DNA of 64,000 bases from Spirochaetota bacterium. Its GTDB lineage: Bacteria > Spirochaetota > UBA12135 > COTS27 > CBDBHE01. The DNA lies in the NCBI GenBank assembly GCA_965205605.1, contig CBDBHE010000007.1, forward strand, positions 256,001-320,000, read 5' to 3'. Below are positions 60,803 through 64,000 of this stretch, in pieces. Each line of letters starts with the position of its first letter. The stretch's first letter is position 1. The translations under genes were made by a program, and so were the position numbers. The notes beneath the pieces are model-generated. The model worked only from the letters and a program-made list of their open reading frames with translations, searched no databases and was not told the origin of the DNA.

Positions 60803-61582
60803 TTACCCATTCCTTTTCATCAATCTCTCAAAAGCCAACTGCACCGGTTTCAAGCTCCCCCACTCTTCCCCTCGACTGCCATCAAGCAATGGTAATCCTT
60901 CCTTCCTTTCGTTTCTCCCTTCGCTTCTTCCTCCCTTCCTAAGACCCATCTTCTCTAAAACCTCCACTTGCTTGCCAAGCGAAAGTGACCCTTCAAGACC
61001 CTTAAAAAACTCCCTCTCTTCCTCTCTAAGCCCTTTTAACAATCGAGCCTTCCCTCCTAAAAAAACCTCTTCACTTTCTTTCTCACTCTCTCTTAGCCCC
61101 CTCACTTCCTCTTTTAATGCCCCCACTTGCTCCTCCAACAACTTCCTCTCTTCCTTCCCCTCTCTCACCCCTTCCTCTAATCGCTCCTTCTCTTCCTCTA
61201 CCTCATTAAGCGCTTCTTTTAATTTCTGATTCTTTTGTTTCACTTTGTTCCTAGACCGATACGCCAAACTTAACGCCTCTTTACATCCTTCTTCTTTACA
61301 TCCTTCTTCTTTACATCCTTCTTCTTTACATCCTTCCTCTTTACATCCTTCTTCTTTACATCCTTCCTCTTTACAATCCCCCTCAGACAAACCTAAAAAC
61401 CCTAAATCTTCCCTTCCTAAGACCACTTCCCCCTTCTTCTTCTTCTTCTTCTTCTTCTTCTTCTCCCCACCTGCCCCTTTCAATTCTTCTTCTTCTTCAC
61501 TTTCTTCTTCTAATTCTTCTTCCACTTCCATTTCCTCTTCCTCTTCTTTTTCTACTTCTTTTTCTAGTTCTTTTACTGGCAT
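60803..61582 (-). CDS. Scaffolding protein with low-complexity expansions
   Basis: Acidic N-terminus, coiled coil, position between portal and capsid. Confidence 0.65.
   Translation of the reverse strand: MPVKELEKEVEKEEEEEMEVEEELEEESEEEEELKGAGGEKKKKKKKKKKGEVVLGREDLGFLGLSEGDCKEEGCKEEGCKEEGCKEEGCKEEGCKEEGCKEALSLAYRSRNKVKQKNQKLKEALNEVEEEKERLEEGVREGKEERKLLEEQVGALKEEVRGLRESEKESEEVFLGGKARLLKGLREEEREFFKGLEGSLSLGKQVEVLEKMGLRKGGRSEGRNERKEGLPLLDGSRGEEWGSLKPVQLAFERLMKRNG
61278..61375. repeat. About 6.5 copies of a 15-bp unit encoding GCKEE
   Basis: TCTTTACATCCTTCY tandem array inside the scaffold gene. Confidence 0.95.
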
Positions 61583-61700
61583 TGTTTTGACTCCTTCTTT
61601 AATTTTTTTATTTTCTTCTTTTCATATCCTTGACATTTAATCATAAATATAAATACTCTTCCCTTCTTTATTCCTTCTTTAAGCAAGTCTTTATTTTTTT

Positions 61701-63158
61701 TTAACTTAAAATGTTTCGCTTCACTTGCTCGTTTTCTTCTTGATTCCTAAGCAGCCTTTCTTTAATCATCCCACGACCTACCCCTGGATTCTCTCGACCC
61801 ACAAGGTCCACAATCGAAAGCCGATTTTGCTCCAGCAGCATCCCTTCATGAGCATCTTGCTCTCTTTGAGTCAAAAAGCTTTTTAATTCCCCCCACTGAG
61901 TCGTCATCTTAAAAGGTGAAAGCTTTCGCCCCAGTCCCGCTTCTTTAGCAACCGACCCCACTAGCGCCATCAGTGAAAAAAGCTTCTTCTCACTTGACTT
62001 GTATAATGGCACCACTTTCTGCCTAATCTCATCCAACGCAAATCGCTGCAACATCATCGCTTCAGCACTTTGTCTCACTCCTCTACCTCCACTCCCTTCA
62101 CTCCCCAGTATCGCCCCTCCATTATCCGCAATCCGCCTCCTAAGCGTGTTTAGAACCTCCACATATCGACTGAGCTCTTCGGTAAACGTGTACCCATGAA
62201 CCCCAATGCGGCCGTTTTCTCCTCCTCCTCTCGCCACCAACACACTCAAAGCATCTGTCGAAAATTGCCTCAGTTTTTCCTCAATGTCCTCACTTAAGTC
62301 CCCCGTTAAAATCATCTGCCGATACCCTCCCAATCTTAATAACGAATTTAAATGAGTCAAATGAACATTCATCTGTAACGTCCCTTCATACAACTCTTCA
62401 TTAAACCCTCTCTCCCAAAAACTCATCCCCTTCTGCACCCTAAAGGCAACATACGGTATCTCATACCTCTTCAAATCTCCTTCATACCACTTATACGGGT
62501 TTTCTATCGACACCTTCGCTTTCGCTCTCTTAAAGTCAAGTCTCACCCCTTCCTCCAAATTATACACCCGATACTGTCCCACTCCCTCTCGATCAAGACT
62601 GCTCTTCCCATTCGTCCACACAAACACTTTCCGCCCTCCAACCCCTTTAACCCCTCCTTTTAAGCCCACTTCATTCACTAAAAGATTCATCTCAAAAGGA
62701 TTCTCCTCGCTCTCCTCCACCTCAACAGCGTACGAAGGCACCGGAATTAACTCCATCTTCCCCCTCACCACTCCAATCCGAATAAACCCTACCCCAGTAA
62801 TATTCGCATACTGGTCTACCACACTTAACCCATGCTCCACTTCCCCTTCACTCACCATCTCCTTGAATATCCCTTCGTCCCCTTCCATTTTGAAAAAAAA
62901 CTCCCTCACAGGTGACTTCGTGTACAAAACCGTCTTTAAATCAATCATCTTCCTAAATAAATTGTCCCACGATACAATCATCGGTCCCAGTTTCTCATAA
63001 TTCTCTCTCGAAAATTGCCCCCTCACTAACCCTTCCACTTCTCCCTTAAACACTCCCCAGTACATCTCAAACTTCTTTAAATCCCTCTCTCGCCTCATCG
63101 ACCAACTTCTTAACCATCTCTCTTCCTCTCTCTTCTTCTCATTTAATAAAAACTTCAT
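61701..63158 (-). CDS. Portal protein (SPP1 gp6-like)
   Basis: 485 aa; NLFRKMID, G.GFI, ENPY...IPYV.F, SAEAM; follows terminase. Confidence 0.8.
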   Translation of the reverse strand: MKFLLNEKKREEERWLRSWSMRRERDLKKFEMYWGVFKGEVEGLVRGQFSRENYEKLGPMIVSWDNLFRKMIDLKTVLYTKSPVREFFFKMEGDEGIFKEMVSEGEVEHGLSVVDQYANITGVGFIRIGVVRGKMELIPVPSYAVEVEESEENPFEMNLLVNEVGLKGGVKGVGGRKVFVWTNGKSSLDREGVGQYRVYNLEEGVRLDFKRAKAKVSIENPYKWYEGDLKRYEIPYVAFRVQKGMSFWERGFNEELYEGTLQMNVHLTHLNSLLRLGGYRQMILTGDLSEDIEEKLRQFSTDALSVLVARGGGENGRIGVHGYTFTEELSRYVEVLNTLRRRIADNGGAILGSEGSGGRGVRQSAEAMMLQRFALDEIRQKVVPLYKSSEKKLFSLMALVGSVAKEAGLGRKLSPFKMTTQWGELKSFLTQREQDAHEGMLLEQNRLSIVDLVGRENPGVGRGMIKERLLRNQEENEQVKRNILS

Positions 63159-63374
63159 CTTCTCTTCTTCTCCTTCTTTAATTTTTTTTCTCTTTTTATG
63201 TTTTTTTTATGTTTTTTTTTAATTTTTTACTCTTTTATGATATACTTGTTCCGATCATATATATTACTGCTTGCTTGGTTATTTCTTCTTTTTTGCTTTT
63301 ATAAAGAGGGAATAGCCAAGCATTTTGTTTTCTTAATTAAAAAATTAAAATAAATCTCTCTTTATCATTAAACT

Positions 63375-64000
63375 TCAAGTCACACATGTCATCGGTTTCT
63401 TCTTCCCAAAATAAACCGCCAAAAAGTAATACAACGCACTGCCCAAATGCGAATGCCCATCATGAACCGGCCGATCGCTCCCATCCGTTTTCCACCCACG
63501 TAGCATCCTCGCACTCAAAGGGCATTGTTTTTCACACACCCTAAGAACAGGTGAATATTCCCTCGCCAAAGATAAGTAATCAATCAATGGCTTCTTAACC
63601 GTTTGAATCTTAATCTCAGGTTCTAGTACCCCCGTCCAACTTAAAGGCCTCTTCGAATACACCGCCCCACTCCTCGCTCGCCCCGCCGGGTCAGCCGCAT
63701 GTCCCCTAAAACAATACCCCTTCCTAAGAACCATCTCTTTACAAAATCCTGCCGTCTTTCCCCTCCCTTGCCACTCGTCAATCAACCGAACTTCAACATT
63801 AAATAAATCCTCCCTATCTCTCACCCCTTCCTCTCTCTTCACCACTTGTAAAAATAAAATAGCCGTGGGATCGTCTACCCCAAAATCCCAACTCGTCCAA
63901 ACTTCCCCCTCTTCCTCTTCTAATAAAAAAGCCTCCCTCACAAACGTCTCTTCACTCACTTCATACACCCTCCTCTCCTCACTATCTTCCCATTCACCCA
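63375..64000 (-). CDS. terL: Terminase large subunit, C-terminal nuclease domain (5' end outside window)
   Basis: Frame open to the edge (GEWEDSEERRVYE), SWDFGVDDPTA, ADPAG, PVHD.HSH. Confidence 0.9.
   Translation of the reverse strand, partial: GEWEDSEERRVYEVSEETFVREAFLLEEEEGEVWTSWDFGVDDPTAILFLQVVKREEGVRDREDLFNVEVRLIDEWQGRGKTAGFCKEMVLRKGYCFRGHAADPAGRARSGAVYSKRPLSWTGVLEPEIKIQTVKKPLIDYLSLAREYSPVLRVCEKQCPLSARMLRGWKTDGSDRPVHDGHSHLGSALYYFLAVYFGKKKPMTCVT

Overview
AT-rich bacterial chromosome segment, most likely from an uncultured spirochaete (BB0323-type LysM protein, many lipoproteins, lpxA and lptE-holA). Positions 1-45.3 kb hold housekeeping and envelope genes (menC, glnA, ABC-2 exporter, htpX, lpxA, holA, menE, purN, dusB, hisB, tsaD, eukaryote-type hisA, folB), a glycosaminoglycan/fucose degradation cluster (GH89, sulfatase, PL8, GH29) and a recent tandem duplication. 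Three paralogous beta-repeat lipoproteins follow at 45.4-48.7 kb. From 49 kb to the window end lies a compact, all-minus-strand siphovirus-type morphogenesis and lysis module: terminase, portal, scaffold, SPP1 gp13-like capsid, neck, tail tube, frameshifting chaperone, very short tape measure, tail tip, holins and a holin-GH108 fusion. The module shares the host's strand skew and tandem-duplication scars, has no integrase at its visible end, and its intergenic spaces carry about 10 copies of an unrecognised 40-70 bp element. My best candidate for a novel system is therefore a domesticated, gene-transfer-agent-like phage module with its own dispersed cis-element. All assignments are by eye from motifs and gene order; no searches were run.
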